Source of the DNA: Camelus ferus | Taxonomy: Eukaryota | Direction: 5' to 3' | Length of the DNA stretch: 64,000 nucleotides | Assembly: GCF_009834535.1 (NCBI RefSeq) | Contig: NC_045697.1 | Span: 13,332,001-13,396,000, forward strand | In this document: positions 38,828-51,240 of the stretch, piece after piece | How the letters are laid out: the number at the start of each line of letters is the position of its first letter | How positions within the stretch are numbered: the first letter of the stretch is position 1 | Position numbers and translations under genes: made by a program | Notes under the pieces: generated by a model | What the model was told of the DNA's origin: nothing | Database searches by the model: none | The model's input: only the letters and a program-made list of their open reading frames with translations

Positions 38828-39040
38828 TCTTTTTTTAAATTGAAGTATAGTTAGTTTACAATGTTGTATTAATTTCTAGTATACAATATAGTGATTCAGT
38901 TATACACATACATCTGTATATTTCTTTTCATATTATTTTTTATTATTAGGCTATTACAAGGTCCATGAAATTACAAGGTATTAAATATAGTTCCCTGTGC
39001 TATATACAGTAGGGCCTTGCTGTTTATCTATTTTATTATT
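38828..39040 (-). mobile_element. LINE-1 3' end fragment
   Basis: ttttttaaattgaagtatagttagtttacaatgttg...atatagttccctgtgctat. Confidence 0.85.
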
Positions 39041-39400
39041 TATTTATATATTTTTACTTATCAGTTCCTTTTTTTGTAGTAGTCAGTTTACAATGTGTAA
39101 ATTTCTGGTGCACAGAATAATAGTTCAGTCATGCATATACATATATACATTTATTTTCATGTGCGATACAGAAGAAACTTATTGTGTATCTATTTTATAT
39201 TTGGTAGTTACTATATGCAAATTTCAAACTCCCAATTTATCCTCCACTCCACCTTTCCCCCCTGGTAACCACAAGTTTGTTTTCTATGCCTGTGAGTCAG
39301 TTTCTATTTTGTAAATAAGTTCATTTGTCTCATTTTTTAGATTCTCCATACAAGTGATATCACATGGAATTTTTCTTTCTCTTTCTGTCTTACTTCGCTT
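39041..39400 (-). mobile_element. LINE-1 3' end fragment, camelid-like family
   Basis: tagtcagtttacaatgtgtaaatttctggtg...aactcccaatttatcc...tagattctccatacaagtgatatc. Confidence 0.88.
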
Positions 39401-40119
39401 ACCTCCTAGCTCTGCCTATTGAAAAAGCCTAGAAGCTATGACAACCCAATAGTGATAAGAACCCCTAGGAGCCAGATTGTATTCTCTGTATAACATACTC
39501 CATGAGAGAAAAACAGTGACTCTTGAGAAATGATTGATTTCAAGTCTTAAACAGAAACTGTCTGAGATGAGTCTTAGACTTCTTGCTGTACAAAATGCCA
39601 GAAATCTCTTAAAAAGAAATAGACCACTTCAAAAGGACCCAGGAGCAAGCAGGAATTACCTCTCGCTAGTCACAAGTAAGAAATTTAAGCATATAGTAAT
39701 AGTACTAAATGTAGCAGTAGTAATATTACTAGCAATCATAATATTTATAAAACTAATGAACACATAATTAAAACACATTGAATATGTTGAAATCCACAGT
39801 GTTACTCAGAAAAGAAAGAAAAAAAGGAAGAAGGGTAAGAAGGAAGGAAGAAAAGAAGGAAGAAAACTCATTAGGTACCTTTAAAAGTTACTTGGGCATT
39901 GGCTCCTTTCTCTGAAAAGAATTATTCTTTAAAGGAAATAATTAAGAATAATTTAAAATATTTAATAACAAAGTAATAAATAACTGATTTAATAATAAAC
40001 TGATTTATTATAGGTACATATTAATAATTAGTATTAATACATTATTGCTACATAGCTAATAATAAATTAATAAATAATTAAAATAAGAATTTCTTTTCTG
40101 TGCAAAATTTATATATATA

Positions 40120-40335
40120 TTTTTAAATACATTTTCATTGAAGTGTAATCAGCTTGCAATTTGTTAGTTTCTGGTGTAGAGCACAATGCTTCAGTCATTC
40201 ATGAACATACATATTCGTTTTCATATTCTTTTTCACCGTAAGTTACTACAAGATATTGAATATAGTTCCCTGCACTATACAGCATGAACTTGCTGTTTAT
40301 CTATTTTATATATATTAGTTAGTATCTTTCAATCC
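40120..40335 (-). mobile_element. LINE-1 3' end fragment, camelid-like family
   Basis: attgaagtgtaatcag...tttctggtgtag...gttactacaagatattgaatatagttccctg. Confidence 0.88.
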
Positions 40336-40900
40336 CAAATATCACCAAATACCTTTAGTTGATGAGGAGGAGATCTTTTTAGAAAAATCCCAGCTGATAA
40401 TGAAGGAAATTAGAATTCAAAAATCACCATTTGGTGCCCTCAAATAAAGTAATTAATTTAGGTAACCATCATCAATAGATGAAACCCTTAGATGAAAATT
40501 GATGGTGAACTTTATAATGGAATCATTGGGCAGCTGCAACCTGAACCCACTGGTCACCTTATGTCAATAAAAGTCAGGTAAATAGACACATGTGTGTCCG
40601 ATGTGATCTTATCACTTATGAACTATTATTTTAAAAGAAAAGAAAAAAAAACCAAAACGAAACAGTAATCCAATCAAGGATTTAGAACTAATTTTTAATC
40701 TAAAGGACAACTCAGAGAGTATCCTTGAAAGTCAATGACATGAAAAAAAAAAATCGTGAGGGATATTCCAACTAAGTATAATGATAGAACTTGTTTGGAT
40801 ACTGATAAAAACAGGACAACTGTAAAAATGCATTTTGATATGGTTTAGAAAATGTAAATATGAACTGAGTATTAATGGATATGTGAAATATTGCTCATTG

Positions 40901-41406
40901 TGAGGTGGGAAGTCCCATGAAAAAGGCCAGCAGGACCCCCCCCAGGCAGGGCCAATACTCTCCCACCAGCACCGTCTGATTTCCTAGCCTGGCAGCATTA
41001 TCTCACATTTTGCCTCTGAAATGGCTTACTTCTAGGAAAGTGGAACTTATCCCTAAGATTCTATTGGTTCCCTGAGCTAACTCCTGATTGGTCCATTTGT
41101 AGCACTTCATTTGCATGGGGCACACTCCTGATAGGTCCATATCTACAAAGCTCATTTCTAATTAGTCAACTTTTGTTACACCTTATTTGCATATGATGTT
41201 GCAAAGTGTGGACTGGCAGCAATAAAAGCCTGTGTAAACCTACAGATGGGGTACAGAGCTTGGAGTGTTAACTCCTCTGGGCCCGCTGATGTAATAATAA
41301 ACCTGAGTTCTCCAATCCTCCGAGTGCTTCTTGGTTTCTTGCCTGGATCCAGCTTGCTGTCACAACAGAGCTGTAACACTGAGCTGTAACACACTTTGCT
41401 GCAACA
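40901..41406 (+). mobile_element. ERV1 solo LTR, 506 bp, perfect 4-bp TSD
   Basis: attg|TGaggtggg...gcaaCA|attg; ATTGG boxes; TATA-like aataaaa at 41221; second AATAAA near 41296. Confidence 0.92.
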
Positions 41407-41861
41407 ATTGTACGTAGTTAACGATCATGTGATTTACAAGAAAATTCTTATTTTTAGATACTGTTAGTGAAATACATAGAGGTAAAATGATACGGTGTCT
41501 GTGATTTACTTCAAAATACATCAGTACATAAGATTAAAATAAAGGCAAAAGAGATAAATGAAGCAAATGTGACAAAATCTTGATAATTGTTCAATCAGGG
41601 TGATATATGGGACTTTTTGAATTAGTTTACTCTCAAGTGTGTTTAACAATATTCATTGAAATTAAAAAGAAAAAAACAAACAAACAAAAACAAAATCAAA
41701 ACCCCTTCCTCTCTGGGGTATGAACCTATAGCTAGAGGGACCCTGTCACTATCCTTAGGGACCACATATCTGATTGGAGGATCCAGACACTATTCTAGGT
41801 CTGAAAATCAAGGCCAGGCCCCCCGCATTCCTTATATGCTCCTTGTTCTCCTATCTTTTTC

Positions 41862-42436
41862 CTTAGTCCAAAAAATCATCCCCGACCCTGATGAGCCAAA
41901 TAACTCAGAGACAGTGCGCTGGAGATTAGAAGAAAAGAAGCCATTTTATTGTTTTGCCAGGCAAAGGGGACTCACCCTAGTGCCTTCAAAACTGTGAACC
42001 TATCTTGGGGATGGGGCAGGGTAATTATATGGCCATAGCTTAAACAATAAAGCATCAATAATAATCAACAGAATTTTCTTCTCCTAAGACTCAGAGTGGC
42101 CTCATGGTGTCTCCAGGTGACTAGTTCTATAGAGGCTAGTGGTTGTCACTCTTTCGATCTCTTTATCTTATAAGCAACCAAGGCGTGGTCTTCTTGGTAA
42201 TTCAGGCTATTTTGTAATGTTATATTCCCATGACCTTCTCCCTGGAGAATGGCTCAGAGATCAAGAATGATTATTACTTTCAATTACTGGAATAAAGTAG
42301 GAACAATAATAATAGCTTTAGTTTTAACAGTGGATCTGGAGCTGTGAGTAGTAAGCGGTCAGTCAGGTCAGTTGATCGTTTTAAGGGCAAGTGTAAGAAT
42401 AAGCAATCTGTTAGCCTAAGTGCAGCCATTTTGTTA
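41862..42436 (-). mobile_element. ERV1-type solo LTR
   Basis: gagacagtgcgctggag...ccattttattgttttgccaggcaaagggga (antisense polyA signal region); ends gcagccattttgttaa; termini approximate. Confidence 0.65.
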
Positions 42437-42779
42437 ATTATCCTTCAAAACTATACATATCACAGTCATTCATTCTGCTATGGCTTCATACTGATCTCAC
42501 TTCTTGACTATTCTGAGTTGTCATGAGTGCACCACAACGCTCAAAACTGAGTGCTGAGTTCCGTTCTGTGGACTCAGAATTCAAGTGCTAAATCATGGAT
42601 TCTGATGATCAAAAAAGAATTTACCAAAGACCTAGAAGGGGAGAACAGGCTGCACTTTTAGAGTCAGATACAGTCACTCCACATAGAGGAAGAGAGAAAA
42701 ACAGTAACCTGGTAGCCTCTGTGAGCCCAATACACATTAGTGATATTCAAGAGACTTACCTGATTATTAATTCTAATAA

Positions 42780-42990
42780 AACTAATATTAATGGAGCTCA
42801 GCTTACACTAGGCACAAGTGTGAGGCCCTTACATTCATTAACTCGTTTATTTATCGCAATTACTCTACAAGGTGGTCATTATTAATGTGCATATTTTACA
42901 ATGCTTAATTAACTTGCAAAAGTAAAACAACTACCAAGTGAAGGAGTAAAGATCTGGCCCCAGATCTGACTCCAAAGCCCATATTCTGAT
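42780..42990 (-). mobile_element. MIR
   Basis: ctaggcacaagtgtgaggcccttacattcattaactc...cagatctgactccaaagccc. Confidence 0.75.
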
Positions 42991-43537
42991 AAGAAATGGA
43001 GAAAATAAAATATGGGGACCTCTGTTAAGTATAGGAAGTTTTGTTTTGTTTTGTTTTTTTAAGCACTATTGATTCATCATCTGCTGTGTGTCAGATTTGG
43101 TGCCCAGATCAGGAGAATGGTTATAAATATGACCAGCTTTTGGAGAATTCAAAATCTAGTTGGTGAGTCTGATACACAAATAATCCGAATGCAATAATGC
43201 AGGTGTTAAAATCAAGGTGTATATAGTGGTTGCTTTCCTTTCTTTTGCAGTTTGCCTGCCAGTCAGACTTTAGAGTAAGGATTAAAATGGAAGTGTTTAT
43301 GAAATGTGTAATTGAGGGAAAAAGAAAATGTCACATGAAGTAGAGTTTGGGAAGACAGTTCAGAGGAGAGTAAGAAAAATGAGTAGTACTTCAGCAGGGC
43401 AGATAGTGGCAGAAATAAACAAAAGTGAAGGATTTGTAGAAGTCAGGGCTCAGAGGGTTGGGGGTGAGGAAGGCAGCTGCAGCTCTGAAGGTAGCTGGGG
43501 ATCTAATAGTGATGGTATTCTAACAGGGAAGAACAAA

Positions 43538-44036
43538 TCTTACTGCATATTAGATCTGTTTCTTTAGCTCTAACACTCTGCTGTTTCCTGTGCTTAGTCA
43601 TGCTGGTCCTACACCTTTTATAAAAGAATGCTGCCTAGAACCTGAAATGTACAGGACAGCCCGTTCTCAAGGCTCTGACCTTCAAGGATATAACACTTCT
43701 TCATTCACATAGAGACAAAAAGTTGCAGAACAGAGAATAACATTTGTCTTGTTGGAGATTTATAGGATCATGATGATCTGACCTACCTGGACAGCTGCAA
43801 GAACAAAGGATTCTGACACCAAGAAGTTTGCAACAACCAGCCACACCCCCTTCCTTTTTTAGTATAAAAGGAGCGTGAATTCTGACTTGGGGAAAATGAT
43901 TCTCTAGGACATTAGTTCCCCATCTTCTCAGTCTGATGGCTTTCCAAATAAAGTGGTTATCCCTTGCCCCCCAAACTCCTCTCTCAATTTATTGACCTCT
44001 CGTGTGGTAAGCAGTATGAGCTTGGATTTGGTAACA
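43538..44036 (+). mobile_element. MER41-like ERV1 solo LTR
   Basis: TATA box gtataaaag near 43862; ccaaataaag near 43944; ends gagcttggatttggtaaca; no TSD matched. Confidence 0.85.
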
Positions 44037-44929
44037 GTTTTACCCAGGAAATCCCATCATGCTCACTCTTTTAAGGCAGAGGAATTATTCAGCCAGACAT
44101 GTTAGAAAAAGGGGGTCAGTTTGCACAAAATTTTGCTACAATCTTTTTGACCAATACCCAATCTTGAGTATGAACTTTGTGATAAAATATTAAAAGAAAA
44201 CGTTTCCTTAAAACAATTACCTTTTTTTTTTTTCCAGTTGGGAGTTAAATATCCTTATACACGGTCTCTATTCTTGTCTTGGAATTAGAAAAGAATACAA
44301 GCCACCACATGATTTCAGAAGTAACTAGCCCCTTCAGAATGCCACCTGAGCCCTTGGCAGGCACAATGGCTGCTTCTGATGCCAACCCTGGGTGCCGTAG
44401 CTAGGGGGACTAATAGTAATTACTGTTTCCAACCCTTTCGAAAGTTTCCAAGCTGTCTGTGGCATCTGTTCCTTACATGTTCCGCTGGCAGCTAGGAAGT
44501 GAGGGATTTTGAAGATACTATTAACGTTTTTTTGTCAATTAGTAAATGTGTGATCAAATAATTGCTCTAAACTCTTCAAGATGGCCTAATTCAGAGAGCT
44601 GGAATAAAGCAATGGAAGGCTATCTATATTCACCCTAGGAGCACAGGTTATTTATGGTACGGTGTTAAAACCAACCAAAAAAAAAAAATCTGAATTATGA
44701 AAGTTCTAAGGTGCTTGTTTGTCCACATGACTCAGGAAAATCCGCTTATTTGTAGATCTTTTATCCAACACGGTCTCCTGGCAAAATAAGCCATTCTATT
44801 TTCTCCATATGTACTCTGGGATGCCCGACTTCAGTGCCCATAATGATGCTCTTCCTTCCACAGAGAAGCCTGTTCCTCCTGTCTCAGCCCTTCTAAGTGT
44901 CATTTGTTTCATCCACACCTGGATGGATT

Positions 44930-45115
44930 CCTGATTTCGCCACCTAATGGTTGAGTGACTTTGGCCAAATCTCTTACCCTCTTTACAACCCCAGCTTCCT
45001 CATCTATAAAATGGAGATGATAACTACCTAATACTTAGGATTCTGTAAGGATTAACAGAGATGATATCCAGGAAGCACTCAGCATGCAATAAATGCTTAA
45101 TAATCATCCTCTATT
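44930..45115 (+). mobile_element. MIR
   Basis: gtgactttggccaaatctcttacc...ttcctcatctataaaatggagatgataactacct. Confidence 0.85.
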
Positions 45116-46529
45116 ATTTTAATATAAATTATTATGATATCAGTAGTCTGTCCTACTGTCATCAATGTCATAGGGTCCTTTCGGATTCTCCATGCAGCCA
45201 TCATCCTCACCTGCTCTGAATTCACATTGCAGTGGACCTACACCCTTGTCAGGGAGTGCAGCATTTCTTACTTTAGATATCAGTTAATATATACCTGTTC
45301 TGTCTCCCCTGTAACTTTAGAGATCAACATCCTTTCCTGATTCACATACATGTCCACATTTTCTAGAATGGTGATATGTTTAGGGGAACTACTTTATCAC
45401 ATAGATATCTGATCTCCTTCACATTTTGAACACGATAAGCAAAGAACAAGTCAGTGTAAGTTAGAAGGTCTCAGTGGGACTACCGGCTACTTTTTCCCAG
45501 ATGACCCTCAAGGTCACCTGACTGGCCTCCTTGACTCCCAGTCTGGCCCCTCCAGCCACAGTCTCTAGACAGAGTGATTTTCCTAAGGTACAGACCTTAT
45601 GGGGTTATTCCTTTGCTTTATTTCTTTTAGTGGCATTCCATGATCAGTCCAAACTTCAACACTGCCATAAAGGAAATTTCATAATCTACTAACCTCCACT
45701 CCCTCTTTTTTCACCTTGTCCCTCACCACTCTCTTCACCTTATGCAATATGTGGTACCCATACTTGAAATATGACATTTTCCGGACTCTCTCTACCCTCC
45801 AGTTCTGTGCACCTTTCTTTTTGCCTGAAATAAACTTCTTACCACTTTCCACTGTCATCTAGTTTACTGTGATTCATCCTTTAGAATTCAGTATAAATGT
45901 AACCATGTCATCTCATGAAGAAAACCTGTCCTGTCCCTCGCTATTTTACTTATTTCCCTGTCTTATATGCTATATTGTCACCCTGTGTGTGTCTCTCTCA
46001 TAACATTTAAAGTATAGTACTAAATTGTATCTTACACATAGGTTTCACATCTCAATTCTGCAGTCGTTGAGCAAAAAAATAAAAAGCTCTCAATCATCTT
46101 ATTAACCCCCTGGAGATTCCTTTCTGAGAGATCTAAGACTTCCAATAACCTAGAATCTACCTCATGACCTTCTACCCTCATATCCATCCACTCTGCCTCA
46201 TGTTTAGTTAATATCAACTGCATACATTTTCCTTCAGATATCAACCTATTTAATGTGTTTTCATGAATTTTTACATGCAATTTACCCTTCCCTATAAAAC
46301 CCATCCCACCTTTATTCTCTTGACCAATACTTAACTTTTTACTGAGATTTAGCTCAGGGGTTATTTCTTCTCAAAAGCTTTTATGAACACTCAGTTTGGA
46401 TTAAGTACCTTGCTACGTTCTCTGTTGCATATAACATGTATAACTTCAGCTTTCCTCCTGAGTATATTCATTTTTTCCCCTAAACACAATCTATTGGCCT
46501 TTTAGTGTGCATTTGGTAATCTTGTCCAC

Positions 46530-46747
46530 CTTGGTTTCTCAACCTTGAAACTATTGACATTTTAGACCAGTTGATTGTTTGCTGTGAAGGCTGTCCTGTG
46601 TTACTGCAGAATTCTTAGTAGCATTCCTAACCTCAATACACTAGATCCTTATAACATGCACCCCTTCCCCCACTGTGACAAATAAAAATGCCTCCAAACA
46701 TTGCAAGATACCACCTATGGGAAAAGTCATCATTGGTTGAGATTGTG
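46530..46747 (-). mobile_element. MER20 hAT-Charlie
   Basis: tttctcaaccttgaaactattgacatttt...ggctgtcctgtg...aaaaatgcctccaaacattgc...tggttgaga. Confidence 0.85.
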
Positions 46748-49332
46748 CTCTAGATCCTAAAAGCAGAACTTAAGAGTTCTGTCCCCTTACAGTGATGAAT
46801 GTATTTAATCTGGTTCAGTGAAAACTACTTCTATTGGTAGTGCAATTACTGATAAAGAGGATATGATTTGAACCTAGGAAGCAAATCTTTTTTTCCCATT
46901 AGTGTCATCTTCTCTTATTTAAAAAAGGGTTTTCTAAATTTGAAATGATATTTTCTGTTTGTTGATAAATAAAGAAAGTAAGAACCAGACTTTTAATTAT
47001 AACATTGTCATCATAAGTAATAGGCAATAAGCACCAAAAATTGGTAGTGGAAGATCAACCTGAAAAAACTGCTTAAGAGGTAATGAAGTGGACAAGTTTC
47101 TATTAATTTAATGCTATTTTGCGTCCACACCAATAGTCTCAAACATACCAAAATGTATTTCTTTTTTTTCAACCTTTAATCACACTGTGAATTACATATA
47201 TTTCTTTCTGGCCTGGCTATGGGAACAAGAGATCATCATTTTTTTTTTATTTAACTCAATATAACTGAGTTTTATATAATTCAACAAACATTAGGAACTC
47301 TATTCTGTGGGCCTGACTCTTTAAAAAAATTTTAGGACTTTGCCCCTATACTCAAGATCCTTACATTCTCGTGGTTGTCTGGTATCTAAAGAAGGACTAG
47401 AGTTAAAGGGGTGGGAATTCCAGGTGGTTGCAGAGGCTTCTCAGGGAAAGTAATGCAGATAGTTGGTTTTGAAGAATGAGTAGCGATTTTTTAGGTAGAC
47501 AAGGCAATGAGAATGTACCAGAGGATGGCACCAGAATGCAAATCAACACATGGCTTCCTTCCTTAAAAAAAAAAAAAAAAAAAAAAAGTCTTACTACAAG
47601 AAACTCAGCAAGTAGAGGATTTAAATTCTGTCACAGGCTTCTTGCTTTGAGGACTGGTTACAAACATTTTATAAACCAGAAGAGGCCCATTGACTATGCT
47701 TTAAGTGATTCTCTTGCAGGCACAAAAAGCAACATGTACGAACATGAGTTATGTTACATGAGTAAGCTTATCCTATGAGGATTTTTGAAAATCTGAACTA
47801 GGTCATAACCTTGAGTAAGATGAAAGTAGAGAAGGATTAGGGGAAAATCATTTCCTCCCTATAGTAAATTGGGTCTATAACCTGGTATTTCCTTTTAAGT
47901 CAATATTTGAGTGAGACTTACAGGGAAACTCTCCATATTATCTTCATAACTTTTCTGTAAATCTAAAACTATTCTACAACAGAATGTTTACTTAAAAAGA
48001 GATTTTAAAAAATCATGAAAACAAAGAATAGCCTGAACAATGGAGAAGGTCAGCAGAAGGGAATAGTTAGGCAAGGTGGGGCACGGAAACACTGGAAGGG
48101 GACTGAGTGTTTTTGCAATTATAGACCCCCATCCTTAGCCCCTCCATGATCCCTCTCTTAGCACATGTGCCCTTGCTCTCACTTCCTCCTATTACTAATT
48201 AGGCTGTTTTATGTGAATTTCAGCATGCAATATTTCATATTTAATAACCCTGCATCAGAAGAAATGGGAAGTCAAAGAGGCTGGAATTTATTGCCAGGTG
48301 TTCTGGACAGCATCTGGGGCATTTATAGAGAACCCACAAAATTCCTCAATACCCTGAGGAATCTAAAGCCCACACTTTCAGGAATCCAATAAGTTTCAGC
48401 TGAGAATCCCATAAATACTACAGGACAAAGGCTATCCTCTGATCAAGCTCATTCACTGGGTATTCAGGCGACAGGAAGTTGACACTCAGGGGTACTCATA
48501 ATTGGCCTTTGCATTTAGCACCTTGTTAACATAAATTGAGGAAGTTCACACCTCTAATCTCTTGTTACTAATGTCAGTCTGCTAGAAACTGAACTCAATA
48601 AGATGAGGTTGGCTTGCTGGAAAAGCTGTTTTTTTTTTTTTTTTCAGCAGGAGGAGAAGAATCTAATTGTTTCAGCTGAGAGACCTGGAATCTGCTGACA
48701 CGAGCGGTATCTTCAGTTTAGGGGACAGCTCCAAAGCTAAAGGTTTAAGTCAGGAAGTCACTAAGGTTGTCACTCAGTCTCCATGATTTCTGTCTTTTTA
48801 AAAGATGACTTCACAGTCTCTATTTTCTTGCATCTTACATTAGAGCCAGGCTGATCACTATGGTGGATCTGAATTCACTCATGCTTTCTCTCTTCTCTCC
48901 TTTGTTCGCAATGTATCCGTTACCTTAAATACCATTTTCTCAAATCATCAAAAGTCTAGATCCTCCCACTCCTTAAAATTTCCGTTCAAATTAATTCTTT
49001 TCTAAAAATCTCCCAGGGATTTAAATTTCTGTTTCCTTGAAGTCTCCTTTACTCTTTCAAATATCAGTTTATTTCCATTTCTGTTTATTATTTTTTTTTT
49101 TTAAATTTTGACACCTAAGTTTCATCATTTATTTTTCCTTAGCAAAATGGCATGCTTCTTGGAGATACCAATCAAACTTCTCTAGCAGTGCCTGAGAGTG
49201 CTGGTGTTAGTGATGGCATTCCCAGAAAGGAAAGTCACTTTTTGTAAATCTGCCTGTTGGGGGCTTTAGGATAACAATTATAAGTGACAGTTGTTTAAGC
49301 CAGAAATAAGCCTCTCTTTAAAAACACCAGAA

Positions 49333-50040
49333 CTGACGTAGCCATTATGGAAAACAGAATGGAGATTCCTCAAAAAACTAAAAACAACTTACCATATGAT
49401 CTAGTAATCCCACTCCTGGGCATATGCTGAAACTTGAACCTTAATTCAAAGAGACACATGCACCCAAATGTCATAGCAGCACTATTTACAATAGCCAAAA
49501 TATGGAAACAACCTAAATGTCCATCGACAGATGCCTGGAAAAAGAAATTTTGGTATATTTATACAATGGAATACTACTCAGCCATAAAAAAGAATAAAAT
49601 AATGCCATTTGCAGCAACATAGATGGACCCGGAGAATGTCATTCTAAGTGAAGTAAGGCAGAAAGAAAAAGAAAAATATGATACGATATCACTTATATGT
49701 GGAATCTAAAAAAAAAAAAAAAAAGACAAATGAACTTATTTACAAAATAGAAATAGACTCACAGACATAGAAAGCAAACTTATGGTTACCAGTGGGGGAA
49801 GGGGGTAGAAATTGGGAGTTTGAGATTTGCAGATATTAGCTAATGTATACAAAACAGATAAACAACAAGTTCATACTGTATAGCTCAGGGAACTATATTC
49901 AGTATCTTGTGGTTACCTATAATGAAAAAGAGTATCAAAACCAATATATGTATGTATATGTATGACAAACATGCTGTACATCAGAAATGGACACAACATT
50001 GTAAACTGACTATTTAATACAAATATTTTTATACAAAAAA
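49333..50040 (+). mobile_element. 5'-truncated LINE-1 (ORF2 C-terminus, 3' UTR, A tail), camelid-like family
   Basis: ORF 49434-49622 [18 protein letters not shown]...WYIYTMEYYSAIKKN is the L1 ORF2 C-terminus; TSD aaaaacaccagaa (49320-49332) / aaaagcaccagaa (50041-50053). Confidence 0.95.
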
Positions 50041-50329
50041 AAAAGCACCAGAATTTTGGCCTTTGTAAAGGCAGTCTCTGGGCCATCTGAAGAGAGGAAA
50101 ATCTAGAGCTACTCTGAATGGGGGAATAATCCAAAGCACCGTGGTAACTATGCTATGAGAATGGATTTTACTTTACAACTGGGAGAAATGGAACATGATA
50201 AAGGACACTTAACCAAACATCTTTCTAAAAGAGCGGGTCGTGTTAAAACACTGCACACTCACTATTTTGTACTACCCACCATCCCACTGAGCTAACTCTC
50301 AAATGACTCTTTGGGAGAGAAAACAAACT

Positions 50330-51240
50330 AGTCCTGATAAGTAAGGAAAAGATTCAGTATTCAAGAAGTCATCAAACTGCCCAAGAGCAAGCAAAATTGT
50401 GGAAGAAAATGGTATAGCAACTACACAAACTTAGCTAAGGAAAGAAGGAAGGGTAACACCAACAAAGTATTTCAAAGATAAATATCAAATCTAAAAGGAA
50501 AAATAACAAAGATACAAAAAATTCTTCATATGTCTTACACTTTACAACACATATAATTACTAGATGAATTTAATGAACCAAAGTCTGAAAGACATGAAAA
50601 TAACCCAACAATCAAAGTCTTGACGATAAACCAACAACAAAAGACAAAAAGACATACTGAAAGCTTGATAAGTAAAATAACATCATTACTGAATTGATAT
50701 ATAAATTGGAGTCAGCAAGGAACCAGAGTCAGCTGAAAAATCAAATTAGTACAGAAAACAGCAACAATAACAACTTGGGATAATCAGAAGTAATGCAAGT
50801 GAGAAACACACACAAAAAAAGATTAAACTAGTTCAACAATAAAAATCGATATCCTTGAAACAGAGAAAAAATTAAAAAGCAACAACGAAAGAGAAGAAAG
50901 AGTATGTGTTTGCAAACCTTTCATAAAGAACATTTCTTTGAAACGAATATAGAACTAGATCCCCAGGTACCATTCAGAGAAAATATTTCAACAAAATGTG
51001 ATAGGAAACAATCAGTACCAATATGCATCATGGTTAAGTTATAGAATTTCAGGTAAAAATAAAGTTTTCTTTAGGCATTTGAGCAGAAAAAGCCAATTAC
51101 CCACAAGGTAGGTAGAGCAAGGCTGGCTTCAGACTTCTCTCCAGAGGAACATCCAATGCTGGAAGACAATGGGTCTTTGTCTCCAAAGATCTGAAGGGAA
51201 AGAGAAGTATAGAAAGAACACTATGCATATGTTAATCGAT
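50330..51240 (+). mobile_element. Ancient L1 ORF1-like remnant (HAL1 or L1ME)
   Basis: A-rich sense strand; from 51081 translates EQKKPITHKVGRARLASDFSPE, then frameshifted NAGRQW, like the ORF1p motif VTYKGxxIRLxxDxSxETxxARRxW. Confidence 0.7.

Larger units (their letters stand above)
38560..41670 (+). mobile_element. Old L1M (L1MC/ME-type) 3' region hosting several later insertions
   Basis: acctcctagctctgcctattgaaaaagcctagaagc..., aaatgatacggtgtctgtgatttacttcaaaatac...ttgataattgtt; fragments flank younger L1s and an LTR. Confidence 0.6.

Noticed and set aside
49434..49622. 62-aa ORF as a host gene
   Set aside because: It is a broken LINE-1 ORF2 C-terminal fragment inside a TSD-flanked insertion
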